From the sequence record OR352941.1: a stretch of DNA of 64,000 bases; one strand, 5' to 3'. This stretch comes from Escherichia phage AV111. Below the pieces are notes generated by a model that was not told the origin of the DNA, searched no databases, and worked only from the letters and a program-made list of their open reading frames with translations. The position numbers were made by a program, and so were the translations under genes. Each line of letters starts with the position of its first letter. Position 1 is the first letter of the stretch. Positions 19,685 to 31,174 of the stretch are shown here, one piece after another.

Positions 19685-20019
19685 AATAAGAAATCTAACG
19701 TATTAGTTTTTTCGCCACGAGCAACTGATGGGCGAAGCATGTTTTCGTCAATTGCTTCGCTTGTAATTTTTTCAACAATTCCTGTAGGAATAAATTTAGC
19801 AAATTGTGTTTCTGGAATAGAATTTTCTTCCAAGAAAGCAGTTGTTGCTTCTAAATAAGACATACCAAATTGTTCAACCATGGATTCGATAATGAATCCG
19901 TTTTCTTGTCGGTCAAGCAATTTAGCGATATCATCTTTATCGTGTTTTACTGCTAATTCTTGTTCAGATAAACCGGCCTCATCAACCGGTTTAATATCAC
20001 TTAGTGAAAACTGTGTCAT
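19681..20019 (-). CDS. 33: late transcription co-activator gp33, 112 aa
   Basis: Length and position as in T4. Confidence 0.75.
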   Translation of the reverse strand: MTQFSLSDIKPVDEAGLSEQELAVKHDKDDIAKLLDRQENGFIIESMVEQFGMSYLEATTAFLEENSIPETQFAKFIPTGIVEKITSEAIDENMLRPSVARGEKTNTLDFLL

Positions 20020-20266
20020 AAAGCTCGACTACCTCTTCGTTTTCAGCTTCAAATTGGTCACGAGCGTCTTTATGATAAAGAGCTAACAAACGATTAAACA
20101 TTTTTCCATCGACGCCAAGCTCTTCTTTAGCACGAGTACGAATGTCTTTAATCAGTTCATTATAACCAGAAATTTTAAGTTTGTTATCAGAAGCTTCCTT
20201 GACTAGTTTAGCCAGTTCTTCACCATGCACATCTTGATTAAATTCAACTGCTTCTTTCTTAGCCAT
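19997..20266 (-). CDS. dsbA: dsDNA-binding late transcription protein DsbA, about 89 aa
   Basis: Start placed at MAKKEAVEF...; track start 20284 would overlap rnh. Confidence 0.7.
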   Translation of the reverse strand: MAKKEAVEFNQDVHGEELAKLVKEASDNKLKISGYNELIKDIRTRAKEELGVDGKMFNRLLALYHKDARDQFEAENEEVVELYDTVFTK

Positions 20267-20273
20267 GTTTACC

Positions 20274-21191
20274 TCAGAATTCATTAATTACACTTGTTAA
20301 TTTAGAAAGACCAGATTTTACAAAGTATGAATAAATCTTGCCTTTAGGTTGTTGTTTATATGAGTTATAATACTCTATAATGGTTGAAGCAATATTATCA
20401 GGGATATAATCAAAATCAATGAGAACCAAATTTTCTTGATACCGTTTATATTCTTCTGCACTTAATAATACTTCAGCTTGAGAACGGTCATTGGCAATTG
20501 CTTCAATAATCGATGTTTTCATACTCGGAGTTCGTTCACCATCAACTCTGGTAAACCAGAAGTCGCCACGAACTCGAACAGATGCAACACCATCCTTACG
20601 GTCACCTTTAAGAATTTTAGTCATGCAATCAATTTCAGCAGAACCATTCTTAATTTTAACCCATTTTTTCTGTGGTGGCGACCACTGTTTAACGTTAGGA
20701 TATTTGTGTAATTGTGTAAAGTCACCATCTGATGCAACAATACATACTTTATGTCCAGCTAATGACAAATATTTAGTTAATACACCGATATGGTCATCCG
20801 CTTCATACTTGTCAATATCCATTACAACGTATGGCATGTATTTCTTAATCTCATCAACAACTTGATGGAGTGCAGTAAAATATCCTTCCCAATCCCACTT
20901 TGAAGCTTCACGATCGGTTTTACGATTTTTCTTGTAATAGTAAGCAAAATCACGTCGCCAATAACCTGAAGTAGCATTATCCATACACAATACAAATTTT
21001 GTATAGCCTTGCTTACGGAACATCACTACGTTTTTACGAATTGAATTCAAGATTACATGGCGAACCATCGGAACAGTAATTTTATCGCCGTCTTCAAAGT
21101 TGTTTAATGCGGCTGCCAACGCAATGTTACTAAAGTCGGCAAGTGCAATACCTTCTTTGTAATCTTCATCCAACATCATTTCTAAATCCAT
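20274..21191 (-). CDS. rnh: RNase H (5'-3' exonuclease / flap endonuclease), 305 aa
   Basis: MDLEMMLDEDYKEGIALADFSNIALA... matches T4 Rnh; same length. Confidence 0.9.
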   Translation of the reverse strand: MDLEMMLDEDYKEGIALADFSNIALAAALNNFEDGDKITVPMVRHVILNSIRKNVVMFRKQGYTKFVLCMDNATSGYWRRDFAYYYKKNRKTDREASKWDWEGYFTALHQVVDEIKKYMPYVVMDIDKYEADDHIGVLTKYLSLAGHKVCIVASDGDFTQLHKYPNVKQWSPPQKKWVKIKNGSAEIDCMTKILKGDRKDGVASVRVRGDFWFTRVDGERTPSMKTSIIEAIANDRSQAEVLLSAEEYKRYQENLVLIDFDYIPDNIASTIIEYYNSYKQQPKGKIYSYFVKSGLSKLTSVINEF

Positions 21192-21220
21192 ATGAACCTC
21201 TTGTTCAGTTAGTCAACTTG

Positions 21221-21253
21221 TCTATAGTAACACACTCATTTGAAAGCGTAAAC
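21221..21253 (-). promoter_or_regulatory. T4-type early promoter for rnh
   Basis: plus-strand gtaaac 21248-21253; tctatagtaac 21221-21231. Confidence 0.45.
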
Positions 21254-21256
21254 TGG

Positions 21257-21264
21257 TATAAATA
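21257..21264 (+). promoter_or_regulatory. late promoter TATAAATA for gene 34
   Basis: Exact TATAAATA 31 nt upstream of the gene 34 ATG. Confidence 0.65.
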
Positions 21265-21294
21265 AGTATTATTGAAACAATAAAGGAAAAACGA

Positions 21295-24200
21295 ATGGCC
21301 GACATCAAACGTAAGTTCAGAGCCGAAGACGGTCTGGACGCCGGTGGCGACAAGATTGTTAACGTAGCATTAGCCGACCGTACAGTAGGTACTGATGGCG
21401 TAAACGTTGACTTCCTGGTACAAGAAAACACCGTTCAAGTATATGATTCTACGCGTGGATATAACAAAGGATTTGTTGTTCTTTATGACAACCTTTTATA
21501 TCAAGCAATAAATGATATCGTGTCTCCTTCCGGGGCATTTAACCTTTTACAATGGCGTGCAGTTCGTACTGATGCACAATGGATAACTGTCGCTTCTGGG
21601 ACTTATCAACTTTCTTCAGGTGAATCGATTTCGGTTAACACTGGGGCCGGCAATGATATGGTTTTCACGTTGCCGAATACGCCGGTTGATGGCGATACTG
21701 TTGTTTTGGCTGATATTGGCGGAAGAACCGGGACAGTTAAAGTACAGATTAACGCGTCTGTGCAGAGTATTTTAAACTTTAGAGGTGAACAAGTTCGTAC
21801 AGTTTTAATGACGCGCCCACGTTCACAACTATTGTTTGTGTTTAGTAATCGTTTGTGGCAGATGTATATTACCGATTATGGTAAAGAATCAATCACTGTT
21901 ACACCAGCGTCACCATATCAAGCACAAGCAAATGATTTTATCGTTCGTCGTTTTACTAGTGCAGCACCAATCAACATTACACTTCCACGTAATGCTAACA
22001 ATGGTGATATAATCAGCCTAGTCGATTTAGATAAATTAAACCCACTGTATCATACAATTGTTAAAACATTTGATGATACAACGTCTATTGGTGAAGTCGG
22101 GACTCATATTGCCGAAGGCAGAAATGACTCTGACGCGTTTTTTGTTTTTGATGCTGCAAGTAGTTTATGGCGTATATGGGAAGGCGACCAGAAATCGCGT
22201 CTTCGTATTATCCGTGCGGATTCAAATATTCGTCCAAATGAAGAAGTTCTTATTTTTGGCACAAATAACGCTACAGCCGGAACTATTAATCTTACACTGC
22301 CTACCGGAATTTTGAGTGGTGACACTGTTAAAATTTCAATGAACTACATGCGTAAAGGCCAAACAGTAAAAATTAAAGCTGCCGAAGGTGATACAATTGC
22401 TTCTTCTGTTGCATTGCTTCAGTTCCCTAAACGTTCTGAATATCCACCTGATGCTCAATGGGTCTCTGTTACTGAACTAGAATTCAATGGCACTACTTCA
22501 TATGTTCCTGTATTAGAATTAGCGTATATCGAAGACACCGTTGCTGGTACAAGTTATTGGGTTGTTCAACAAAACGTCCCAACTGTAGAACGTGTCGATG
22601 CATCGAGCAATACAACTCGAGCTCGTTTAGGTGTTATTGCTCTTGCTTCTCAAGCGCAAGCAAATGTTGATTTAGAGAATACTCCAGCTAAAGAAGTGGC
22701 TATTACTCCTGAAACGTTGGCAAATCGTACAGCAACTGAATCTCGACGTGGTATCGCTAAAATTGCTACAACAGCACAAGTTAACCAGAATTCCACAGCA
22801 TCATTTGTGGACGATACTATTGTTACGCCTAAAAAACTAAATGAGCGTACAGCAACTGAAACTCGTCGCGGTCTTGCTGAAATTGCTACTCAGGCCGAAA
22901 CCGATGCTGGTCTTGATGACACAACGATTATTACACCTAAGAAATTGCAGGCACGTCAGGGCTCTGAAACACTATCTGGTATAGTTAAATATGTATCAAC
23001 TACTTCTGCTACTCCTGCTGAAACTCGTGGGGCCGCAGGCACTAACGTTTATAATAAAACCGTAAATAATTTAACTATTTCTCCTAAAGCCCTTGACCAA
23101 TATAAAGCAACTTATGCTCAACAAGGTGCAGTAATTTTAGCTGTTGATAGTGAAGTAATTGCTGGTCAATCCCAAGCAGGTTATTCTCACGCTGTAGTAA
23201 CTCCTGAAACACTACATAAGAAAACTTCTACTGATGGACGTATTGGTTTAATTGAAATTGCTACGCAAGCAGAAACTAATGCTGGGACTGATTATACACG
23301 TGCAGTAACGCCTAAGACGTTAAATGATAGGAAAGCTACGGAAGGATTATCCGGCATAGCCGAACTTGCTACGCAAGTTGAATTTGATACTGGAACTGAT
23401 GATACTCGTATCTCGACTCCACTGAAAATTAAAACTCATTTTGATTCTTCTGACCGTACCAGTGTTAATTCTGATTCCGGACTTATTGAAGAAGGAACCT
23501 TGTGGAACCATTATACTCTTGATATTTCTAAAGCAAATGAAACACAACGCGGTACACTTCGCGTAGCGACCCAGGCAGAATCTAATGCAGGAACTTTAGA
23601 TGATGTTCTTATTACTCCTAAAAAGCTTTTAGGGACTAAGTCCACTGAAACGTCTGAAGGTGTAATTAAGGTTGCTACTCAAGATGAAACTGTAACGGGA
23701 ACTTCCACTAATACTGCTGTATCTCCTAAGAATTTAAAATGGATTGTCCAGTCTGAACCAACATGGGCTGCTACTACAGCAATTCGCGGATTCGTTAAAA
23801 CTTCATCCGGTTCTATTACATTTGTTGGTAATGATACAGTTGGTTCAACACAACCTTTAGAATCATATGAAAAAAATAGCTATGCTATATCTCCATATGA
23901 ATTAAACCGTGTACTTGCTAACTATTTGCCATTAAAAGCAAAAGCTGCTGATAGTAATTTGTTAGATGGTCTAGATTCTCTTCAGTTCATCCGTAGAGAC
24001 ATCGACCAGACGGTTAATGGTTCTTTAAGTCTTACTAAACAGACCAACCTGAGTGCTCCTTTAGTATCTACAAGCACTGCTTCTTTTGGTTCCGAAGCAT
24101 CTGTTACTCGTAGATTAACTCTTAATGACTCTAGCGGTTCCGAAATAATTTTCACTAAAGGAACCCAATCTCTTAGTAATAAAGAGAATTTCGTTGTTAG

Positions 24201-25128
24201 AGCATGGGGTAATAGCGCTACAGATGGTGCCCGTGATACAGTATTTGAAGCGGGTGACGAAACCGGATACCATTTCTATTCTCAGCGCGCTGCTGATAAT
24301 AAAGTATCATTTAATATTAATGGAACACTTTATTCAACAGGTATTGTTTCTACAAATGGATTAAATGTTACGGGTGTTTCTACCTTTACCGGGCCTATTA
24401 GTGCTACAGGCGAAATTGTTTCTAGTTCTCCTATTGCATTCAGAGCTATTAACGGTAACTATGGTGTTATGCTTTATAACGCTGGTAACAGTTCTTATAT
24501 TGCATTAACTAACTCAGGTGACCAGACCGGGACGTTTAATAACTTACGCCCGATCACGATTAACAACGCCACAGGCTTAGTTCGTCTTGACAATGGTGTT
24601 CAAATCACAAGTGGTGCAACAATAACTACCGGCGGGTTAACTGTAAATAACAGAATTATTTCTAACGGCGTTAAAACTGCCACGGTTTATACCGATAAAC
24701 CAACAGCTTCTACTGTAGGTTTTTGGTCTATTGACATTAACGATTCTGCTGTATATAGCCAATTCCCTGGATACTGGACGCGTGATAACAAAGGTAACCG
24801 TGACCAAGAAATTAAATATCCTGGTACTTTGACTCAATTCGGCAATAGCTTAGATTCGCTTTATCAGGATTGGATTTGTTATCCTACGGGTGCAAATGGT
24901 GGTAGTATTCGTTATACTCGTACCTGGCAGAAAAATAAAGATGCTTGGACTTCATTTGCAATGGTATTTGATAGTGGCAACCCACCTTCACCTAGCGATG
25001 TCGGTGCTATCCCATCTGATAATGCTGTTATTGGAAACCTTACTATTCGAGACTTCTTACAATTAGGAAATGTGAGAATTGTTCCGGACCCGGTTAACAA
25101 AACAGTTAAATTTATATGGGTTGAATAA
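21295..25128 (+). CDS. 34: long tail fibre proximal subunit gp34, 1277 aa
   Basis: Size, position after rnh, repetitive tail-fibre-type sequence. Confidence 0.9.
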   Translation: MADIKRKFRAEDGLDAGGDKIVNVALADRTVGTDGVNVDFLVQENTVQVYDSTRGYNKGFVVLYDNLLYQAINDIVSPSGAFNLLQWRAVRTDAQWITVASGTYQLSSGESISVNTGAGNDMVFTLPNTPVDGDTVVLADIGGRTGTVKVQINASVQSILNFRGEQVRTVLMTRPRSQLLFVFSNRLWQMYITDYGKESITVTPASPYQAQANDFIVRRFTSAAPINITLPRNANNGDIISLVDLDKLNPLYHTIVKTFDDTTSIGEVGTHIAEGRNDSDAFFVFDAASSLWRIWEGDQKSRLRIIRADSNIRPNEEVLIFGTNNATAGTINLTLPTGILSGDTVKISMNYMRKGQTVKIKAAEGDTIASSVALLQFPKRSEYPPDAQWVSVTELEFNGTTSYVPVLELAYIEDTVAGTSYWVVQQNVPTVERVDASSNTTRARLGVIALASQAQANVDLENTPAKEVAITPETLANRTATESRRGIAKIATTAQVNQNSTASFVDDTIVTPKKLNERTATETRRGLAEIATQAETDAGLDDTTIITPKKLQARQGSETLSGIVKYVSTTSATPAETRGAAGTNVYNKTVNNLTISPKALDQYKATYAQQGAVILAVDSEVIAGQSQAGYSHAVVTPETLHKKTSTDGRIGLIEIATQAETNAGTDYTRAVTPKTLNDRKATEGLSGIAELATQVEFDTGTDDTRISTPLKIKTHFDSSDRTSVNSDSGLIEEGTLWNHYTLDISKANETQRGTLRVATQAESNAGTLDDVLITPKKLLGTKSTETSEGVIKVATQDETVTGTSTNTAVSPKNLKWIVQSEPTWAATTAIRGFVKTSSGSITFVGNDTVGSTQPLESYEKNSYAISPYELNRVLANYLPLKAKAADSNLLDGLDSLQFIRRDIDQTVNGSLSLTKQTNLSAPLVSTSTASFGSEASVTRRLTLNDSSGSEIIFTKGTQSLSNKENFVVRAWGNSATDGARDTVFEAGDETGYHFYSQRAADNKVSFNINGTLYSTGIVSTNGLNVTGVSTFTGPISATGEIVSSSPIAFRAINGNYGVMLYNAGNSSYIALTNSGDQTGTFNNLRPITINNATGLVRLDNGVQITSGATITTGGLTVNNRIISNGVKTATVYTDKPTASTVGFWSIDINDSAVYSQFPGYWTRDNKGNRDQEIKYPGTLTQFGNSLDSLYQDWICYPTGANGGSIRYTRTWQKNKDAWTSFAMVFDSGNPPSPSDVGAIPSDNAVIGNLTIRDFLQLGNVRIVPDPVNKTVKFIWVE

Positions 25129-25136
25129 GAGGTTAT

Positions 25137-26261
25137 ATGGAAAAATTTATGGCAAGGTTTGGACAGGGATACGTCCAAACGCCGTTTTTATCGGAAAGCA
25201 ATTCAGTTAGATTTAAGCTAAGTATAGCGGGTTCATGCCCGCTTTCAACAACTAATCCGTATATTTTGTTCCAAAACGAGCCTTTAGGGTTGCAGTCTTT
25301 TGGTATTGGACTAAATGTTAGGGTGATAAATCCGGAAAATGGAACTATAGTTGATAGTAAATTATACAATTTTGCGCCTACAAATAATGCAACTTCGGCC
25401 GCGTTTATTTCGTTTGTTAATACATACGCGGATAATTTCATTTTCGCATTTATTTCTAATAACAAATTTAATTTGCCGCCAGAAATAATTGAATGGTTTA
25501 AAGCTGCTGGGAGTTCAGTTATACCGTCAATTGAAGTTGCTAGTCTTGTTGATATTTCATATTCAGCGTTTTATGTTTCAGGTAAAAATACTATTGCATT
25601 AGAACACATAAAATACAGTAATAAGAAAACAATTTCTGATTACGCAACTCCATTAGATATTGTATATGACTCTATTGCTGATATAGGTGCTACCGGCTAT
25701 CCTAGACGTACATATGAAGCTCTAGAAACGTTTTTATCTCCTGTTGAAGGAACTAACAATGAAATAAAAAGGATGCCTACATCATCCCTTGTTACTCCTA
25801 TCGCAAACTATGGATTAAAGCCTACAGATTTTCTTTATTTGAAATTTCAATTAATGGCTGATGAAGAATTATTAGAGGAAGGAACCACAAGACTTTCAAT
25901 TCGTTTCTTTAAGTCTCCATCTAGCTCTCCTATATCATCTAAAGATATAAACTTTGATGGAACTGCCGGGGAGTGGAAGCTATATGAAGAATACGTTGAA
26001 ATACCAGCTGAAGCTGATGGCTTTACAGTATATTGTTACCGTACGGCCCCAGTCGGTCAAGGTGGACTAAGAAATGTTATTTTCACTGAAGTATCATGTA
26101 ACGGAAGTATAGCAAAACCAGCCGAGTTTGGTATAAACGGTATTCGTGCTAATTACATCGATGAATCATTAACCGGTAATGATATAATGGACTTGCCTAC
26201 TCAGTTATCTAACGACACAGGTAAGGTATTTGGGCAGGAATTTAAAGAGTACACAGAATAA
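25137..26261 (+). CDS. 35: long tail fibre hinge connector gp35, 374 aa
   Basis: Size and synteny. Confidence 0.8.
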   Translation: MEKFMARFGQGYVQTPFLSESNSVRFKLSIAGSCPLSTTNPYILFQNEPLGLQSFGIGLNVRVINPENGTIVDSKLYNFAPTNNATSAAFISFVNTYADNFIFAFISNNKFNLPPEIIEWFKAAGSSVIPSIEVASLVDISYSAFYVSGKNTIALEHIKYSNKKTISDYATPLDIVYDSIADIGATGYPRRTYEALETFLSPVEGTNNEIKRMPTSSLVTPIANYGLKPTDFLYLKFQLMADEELLEEGTTRLSIRFFKSPSSSPISSKDINFDGTAGEWKLYEEYVEIPAEADGFTVYCYRTAPVGQGGLRNVIFTEVSCNGSIAKPAEFGINGIRANYIDESLTGNDIMDLPTQLSNDTGKVFGQEFKEYTE

Positions 26262-26263
26262 AG

Positions 26264-26286
26264 GAGACTTCGGTCTCCTTTTCGCG
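26264..26286 (+). terminator. hairpin GGAGAC-UUCG-GUCUCC + UUUUCG 3' of gene 35
   Basis: aggagacttcggtctccttttcg immediately after the gene 35 stop. Confidence 0.5.
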
Positions 26287-26294
26287 TATAAATA
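26287..26294 (+). promoter_or_regulatory. late promoter TATAAATA for gene 36
   Basis: Exact TATAAATA 26 nt upstream of the gene 36 ATG. Confidence 0.6.
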
Positions 26295-26320
26295 CTTTAA
26301 TATTAATAAGGAGACACGAA

Positions 26321-26977
26321 ATGGCCGATTTAAAAGCCGGAAGTACAGTTGGTGGTTCCGTCATATGGCATCAAGGCAATTTTCCTTTAATGCCAGCTGG
26401 CGATGACATCCTATATAAAACATTTAAATTATACACCGAATATAACAAGCCAAAAGCGGCTGATAACGATTTCGTATCTAAAGCAAATGGTGGGACATAT
26501 CTCAAAAAGGTAATCTTTAACGAAGGTGTTGCAGTCAAAACAGCAGATGACCAAACGAATGGTATTTTTTCTGGTGGTGGTGACGCCGCGACATTTGACC
26601 AAACAAACATGGATATTGTTTCATGGTATGGTATTGGGTTTAAATCATCTCAAGGTACAGGTGAAAGAACTGTTGTAATTGATACTCGCACCGGTAATAT
26701 AAGTTCTAAAGGCGTTATTGAAGCATCTCAATTCAGAGCCACAACGTTAGCACCTTTAAATAATTACGACCTTACTCGCAAAGATTATGTTGATAGTCAA
26801 ATAAATACAGTTAATGCTAATGCAAACAGTCGTGTACTCCGTTCAGGAGATACGATGACCGGCGCGCTAACCGCCCCAAACTTTTTCTCACAGAATCCTG
26901 CATCTCAACCCTCGCATGTTCCACGATTTGACCAAATTGTTATTAAGGATTCTGTTCAAGATTTCGGCTATTATTAA
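26321..26977 (+). CDS. 36: long tail fibre distal connector gp36, 218 aa
   Basis: Size and synteny. Confidence 0.8.
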   Translation: MADLKAGSTVGGSVIWHQGNFPLMPAGDDILYKTFKLYTEYNKPKAADNDFVSKANGGTYLKKVIFNEGVAVKTADDQTNGIFSGGGDAATFDQTNMDIVSWYGIGFKSSQGTGERTVVIDTRTGNISSKGVIEASQFRATTLAPLNNYDLTRKDYVDSQINTVNANANSRVLRSGDTMTGALTAPNFFSQNPASQPSHVPRFDQIVIKDSVQDFGYY

Positions 26978-26985
26978 GAGGACTT

Positions 26986-29900
26986 ATGGCTACTTTAAAA
27001 CAAATACAATTTAAAAGAAGCAAAACTGCAGGAGCACGTCCTGCCGCTTCAGTATTAGCCGAAGGTGAATTGGCTATAAACTTAAAAGACCGTGTACTTT
27101 TTACTAAAGATGACCAAGGAAATATTATTGATCTGAGTTTTGCTAAAGGCGGTAGTATTGACGGGAATGTTATTCATACAGGTAATTATAACCAAACCGG
27201 CGATTATACTTTAAATGGCACCTTCACTCAGACAGGTAATTTTAATTTAACTGGTATTGCTCGAGTAACTCGTGATATTATTGCCGCTGGGCAGATTATG
27301 ACTGAAGGCGGTGAACTTATTACAAAAAGTTCAGGTACAGCACATGTTCGTTTTCATGATTCAGCTGACCGTGAACGTGGAATCATTTTTTCTCCTGCTA
27401 ATGACGGATTAACTACACAAGTTCTTAATATTAGAGTTCAAGATTACAAAGCCGGTTCAGAAAGCACTTTCGCTTTTAATGGAAATGGTTTGTTTTCTTC
27501 ACCAGAAGTTTTTGGGTGGAAATCTGTATCAACTCCGGTAATTTATACCAATAAAGTTATTACTAATAAAAAGGTTAAAGGTGATTATGACATCTATTCG
27601 TTGGCTGACAACACTCCTTTAACCGAAAGCGAAACAGCAATTAATCATCTTCGTGTCATGCGTAATGCAGTTGGTTCGGGTATTTTCCATGAAGTTAAAG
27701 ATAATGACGGTATCTCATGGTACGCTGGTGATGGGCTTGACGCATATCTTTGGTCGTTTACCTGGTCCGGTGGATTGAAAGCAGGCCATTCTATTTCTGT
27801 TGGTACTCCTGGTGGCAATAAAGGATACTCTGAATTAGGGACTGCTTCAATTTCTCTTGGTGATAATGATACTGGATTTAAATGGCATCAGGATGGATAT
27901 TTCCATACAGTAAACAACGGAACAAGAACTTTCATTTACGGTCCTGCGGAAACACAAAGCCTTAGAAAAATGGTTATGGGTTATTCTCCGGATGGTGTTC
28001 TTATGACAACGCCACCGACAGAAAACTATGCCCTGGCAACTGTAGTTACTTACCACGATAATAACGCGGTTGGAGATGGTCAAACTCTTTTAGGATATTA
28101 TCAAGGTGGAGCATACCACCACTATTTTCGTGGTAAAGGCACTACAAACATTAACACCGCGGGTGGTTTGTTAGTTACTCCAGCCAATATCGACGTGATT
28201 GGCGGTTTAATTAATATCGACGGTCGCAGTAATGCTTCAACCTTACTGTTTAGTAGCTATACGTCCGGTCAAAGCTCTGTCGATAATATGAATATACGCG
28301 TTTGGGGCGATACTTTTACTACTGTAGGTGGTACTCGCAAAAACGTAATGGAAATATCTGATGCCACTAGCTGGATGCAATATATTCAACGAACAACTGC
28401 AGGTAAAGTCGAATCGGTTCTAAACGGCACCCAGATTGTTAATGAAAACTTGACCGTAGTAAAAAATGCTACATTTGATGGTACAATCAGCGCAGCAGGT
28501 GAAATCGCAACAAATGCAGTAAATGGTCTTCGTATTTGGAACAACGATTACGCCGCTATTTTCCGTCGTTCAGAAGGAAGTCTTCATATTATTCCAACTG
28601 CCTTTGGCGAAGGCAAAAATGGTGATATCGGCCCACTTCGTCCATTTAGTTTGGCTTTAGATACTGGTAAAGTTACTATTCCAGATTTACAATCAAGTTA
28701 CAATACGTTCGCAGCAAACGGATATATTAAATTTACCGGTCACGGCGCTGGTGCAGGTGGTTATGCTATTCAGTATTCGCAAGCAGCTCCTATTTTCCAG
28801 GAAATTGATGATGACGCAGTAAGTAAATATTATCCTATTGTTAAACAAAAATTCTTACAAGGAAAGGCTGTTTGGTCTTTAGGTACTGAAATTAATTCTG
28901 GTACTTTTGTTTTGCATCATTTAAAAGAAGATGGAACTCAAGCTCATACCTCAAGATTTAATGCCGATGGTACAGTTAACTTCCCGGATAACGTCCAAGT
29001 TGGTGGTGGTGAAGCTACTATTGCTAAAAATGGCAATATTTTCTCTGATATTTGGAAAACATTTACTTCAGCTGGCGATGTAACTAATATTCGAGACGCT
29101 ATTGCTACCCGTGTTGCCAAAGAAGGTGATACGATGACCGGCCGCTTAACCCTTAAAACCAACTCAGATGCTGTTGTTATCGATTATCCGGCAGATGAAG
29201 CGGGTTATGTTAAGGGTAAAAAAGGTGGTGTTGATAACTGGTATGTAGGTAATGGTGGTGCTGATAACGGTTTAGCTTTCTGGAGCTTCCAATCCCAAGG
29301 TGGTATTAATATCAACCCGAACGGTGAAGTTATTCTGGCGCCGCAAGGTGTTGCAATAGTCAATATAAACCGCGACCGTATTCATATGAATGGTTCCAAC
29401 TGGATTGCACATAAATCTGGTGCATGGGGTGACCAATGGGGCTTAGAAGCACCTTATTTCCTTGATTTTGGTAGCGTTGGTGAAGATAGTTATTATCCTA
29501 TTATTAAAGGCCGTTCTGTAATTACCGGTCAAGGATATACTACTTCTGTTGACCTTGGTATTAGACGTACACCCCAACAATGGGGACAAGCTATAATTCG
29601 AGTAGGTAATGCTGAACGAGCTGACGGCCCTGTAGGTATTTTTGAATTCCATTCGTCTGGACTATTCTATAGCCCTACTATGGTTCAAACTCCGGCAATT
29701 GGTGTTGGTACTGTTAACGGATTAGGTGCTCCGAGTATTGCAATCGGTGATAATGACACTGGCTTATCACATGGCGGTGATGGTCGAGTTAATATGGTTG
29801 CTAACGGGATGCATATTGCATCTTGGTCTAGCTCTTACCATATCCATGAAGGTCTTTGGGATACCACTGGTGCTTTGTGGACCGAAACAGGAAGAGCTAT

Positions 29901-30306
29901 TATTTCTTTTGGTCATTTAGTCCAACAGAGTGATGCCTATTCCACATTTGTTCGAGATGTTTATGTCCGTTCTGATATTCGTGTTAAAAAAGACCTTGTT
30001 AAATTTGAAAATGCTTCTGAGAAGCTTTCTAAAATTAACGGTTACACTTATATGCAGAAACGTGGAACTGACGAAGAAGGTAATCAGAAATGGGAACCTA
30101 ACGCTGGTTTGATAGCTCAAGAAGTTCAAGCTATTTTACCGGAATTAGTTGAAGGCGACCCTGATGGTGAAGCTTTACTTCGTTTGAACTATAACGGTGT
30201 AATTGGTTTAAATACAGCTGCAATCAATGAACATACTGCAGAAATTGCAGAACTTAAGTCAGAGATTGAAGAGCTTAAAAAATTAGTTAAATCATTGTTA
30301 AAATAA
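26986..30306 (+). CDS. 37: long tail fibre distal subunit gp37, 1106 aa, with C-terminal S74-type intramolecular chaperone domain
   Basis: Synteny; C-terminal about 110 aa beginning SDIRVKKDL...[15 protein letters not shown]... resembles auto-cleaving chaperone domains. Confidence 0.85.
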   Translation: MATLKQIQFKRSKTAGARPAASVLAEGELAINLKDRVLFTKDDQGNIIDLSFAKGGSIDGNVIHTGNYNQTGDYTLNGTFTQTGNFNLTGIARVTRDIIAAGQIMTEGGELITKSSGTAHVRFHDSADRERGIIFSPANDGLTTQVLNIRVQDYKAGSESTFAFNGNGLFSSPEVFGWKSVSTPVIYTNKVITNKKVKGDYDIYSLADNTPLTESETAINHLRVMRNAVGSGIFHEVKDNDGISWYAGDGLDAYLWSFTWSGGLKAGHSISVGTPGGNKGYSELGTASISLGDNDTGFKWHQDGYFHTVNNGTRTFIYGPAETQSLRKMVMGYSPDGVLMTTPPTENYALATVVTYHDNNAVGDGQTLLGYYQGGAYHHYFRGKGTTNINTAGGLLVTPANIDVIGGLINIDGRSNASTLLFSSYTSGQSSVDNMNIRVWGDTFTTVGGTRKNVMEISDATSWMQYIQRTTAGKVESVLNGTQIVNENLTVVKNATFDGTISAAGEIATNAVNGLRIWNNDYAAIFRRSEGSLHIIPTAFGEGKNGDIGPLRPFSLALDTGKVTIPDLQSSYNTFAANGYIKFTGHGAGAGGYAIQYSQAAPIFQEIDDDAVSKYYPIVKQKFLQGKAVWSLGTEINSGTFVLHHLKEDGTQAHTSRFNADGTVNFPDNVQVGGGEATIAKNGNIFSDIWKTFTSAGDVTNIRDAIATRVAKEGDTMTGRLTLKTNSDAVVIDYPADEAGYVKGKKGGVDNWYVGNGGADNGLAFWSFQSQGGININPNGEVILAPQGVAIVNINRDRIHMNGSNWIAHKSGAWGDQWGLEAPYFLDFGSVGEDSYYPIIKGRSVITGQGYTTSVDLGIRRTPQQWGQAIIRVGNAERADGPVGIFEFHSSGLFYSPTMVQTPAIGVGTVNGLGAPSIAIGDNDTGLSHGGDGRVNMVANGMHIASWSSSYHIHEGLWDTTGALWTETGRAIISFGHLVQQSDAYSTFVRDVYVRSDIRVKKDLVKFENASEKLSKINGYTYMQKRGTDEEGNQKWEPNAGLIAQEVQAILPELVEGDPDGEALLRLNYNGVIGLNTAAINEHTAEIAELKSEIEELKKLVKSLLK

Positions 30307-30310
30307 TAAG

Positions 30311-30326
30311 AGGGGCTTAGGCCCCT
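30311..30326 (+). other. stem-loop GGGGC-UUAG-GCCCC between genes 37 and 38
   Basis: aggggcttaggcccct followed by the gene 38 SD GGAGG. Confidence 0.4.
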
Positions 30327-30337
30327 TGGAGGTTTAT

Positions 30338-31132
30338 ATGGCAGTTGAAGGACCGTGGGTTGGATGGTCTGCGAGGGTACAAACTGGAGATCCTTGGATG
30401 GGTGGTGCTGCGCAGAGATTGAGAATGGGAATTCCGTTTTGGATGAGTAATATGATAGGTCGATCTGTTGAAATAATTCACACGCTTGGAGCAGACCATA
30501 ACTTCAATGGTCAATGGTTCCGAGATAGATGTTTTGAGGCAGGTAGTGCGCCTATAGTGTTTAATATTACAGGTGATTTAGTGTCTTATAACAGGGACGT
30601 CCCGTTATTCTTTATGAATGGAGATACGCCTAATGAATACGTTACTTTGAATATTCACGGCGGAGTTCACATGTGGGGCCGCGGTGGCCAAGGTGGTTGG
30701 ACACACTCAGGCGGTGACGGTAACGGGCAATGGGGCGGTGATTGTATTGTTAACCATATAGGCACCCGTTTACGTATATGGAACTACGGTGTTATCTGTG
30801 GCGGCGGTGGCGGCGGCGGTGGTATCGCTTATCGTCCTCACTCTGGTGCTAACTGGCAGGATATTGGCGGTGGCGGCGGAAGACCATTTGGCCCAGGAGG
30901 TGGAGGTGGCTATTCTGGTGGTGGAGCTTCTTATGAAGGCCCGGGTGGTGGATATAACTACGGTAACGCTCACTCTGGGCATGGTGGCGATGCAGGCGGC
31001 GCAGGTCAAAACGCCTGGCAAGATGGCGGGAAAGCGCTTAAAGTAGGAGCAGGTGGCGGTTCTGGTGCAGCTGTTGCAGTGTCATCCCCGATGTGGGGAG
31101 CAACAGGTACTATCTATGGCCCATGGCTATAA
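30338..31132 (+). CDS. 38: T2-type tail fibre adhesin gp38 with glycine-rich motifs, about 264 aa
   Basis: Conserved N-terminus (…[39 protein letters not shown]…) and poly-Gly segments (GGGGGGGG, GGGGG); ATG at 30338 with GGAGG 5 nt upstream. Confidence 0.8.
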   Translation: MAVEGPWVGWSARVQTGDPWMGGAAQRLRMGIPFWMSNMIGRSVEIIHTLGADHNFNGQWFRDRCFEAGSAPIVFNITGDLVSYNRDVPLFFMNGDTPNEYVTLNIHGGVHMWGRGGQGGWTHSGGDGNGQWGGDCIVNHIGTRLRIWNYGVICGGGGGGGGIAYRPHSGANWQDIGGGGGRPFGPGGGGGYSGGGASYEGPGGGYNYGNAHSGHGGDAGGAGQNAWQDGGKALKVGAGGGSGAAVAVSSPMWGATGTIYGPWL

Positions 31133-31148
31133 TACGAAAGTATTAAAT

Positions 31149-31156
31149 TATAAATA
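31149..31156 (+). promoter_or_regulatory. late promoter TATAAATA for holin gene t
   Basis: Exact TATAAATA 19 nt upstream of the t ATG. Confidence 0.6.
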
Positions 31157-31174
31157 TCTTTAAAGGAGAAAAGT

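Noticed and set aside
22058-22325. Short ORFs on either strand inside tail fibre genes 34 and 37 (for example 22058..22315, 22104..22325, 27847..28083, 29917..30129)
   Set aside because: They sit in alternative frames of large late genes with no independent start signals.
30770-31046. Overlapping ORFs on both strands in the gp38 glycine-rich region (30770..31021 minus, 30789..31046 plus)
   Set aside because: Artefacts of GGN/GCN repeat DNA, which is open in several frames.
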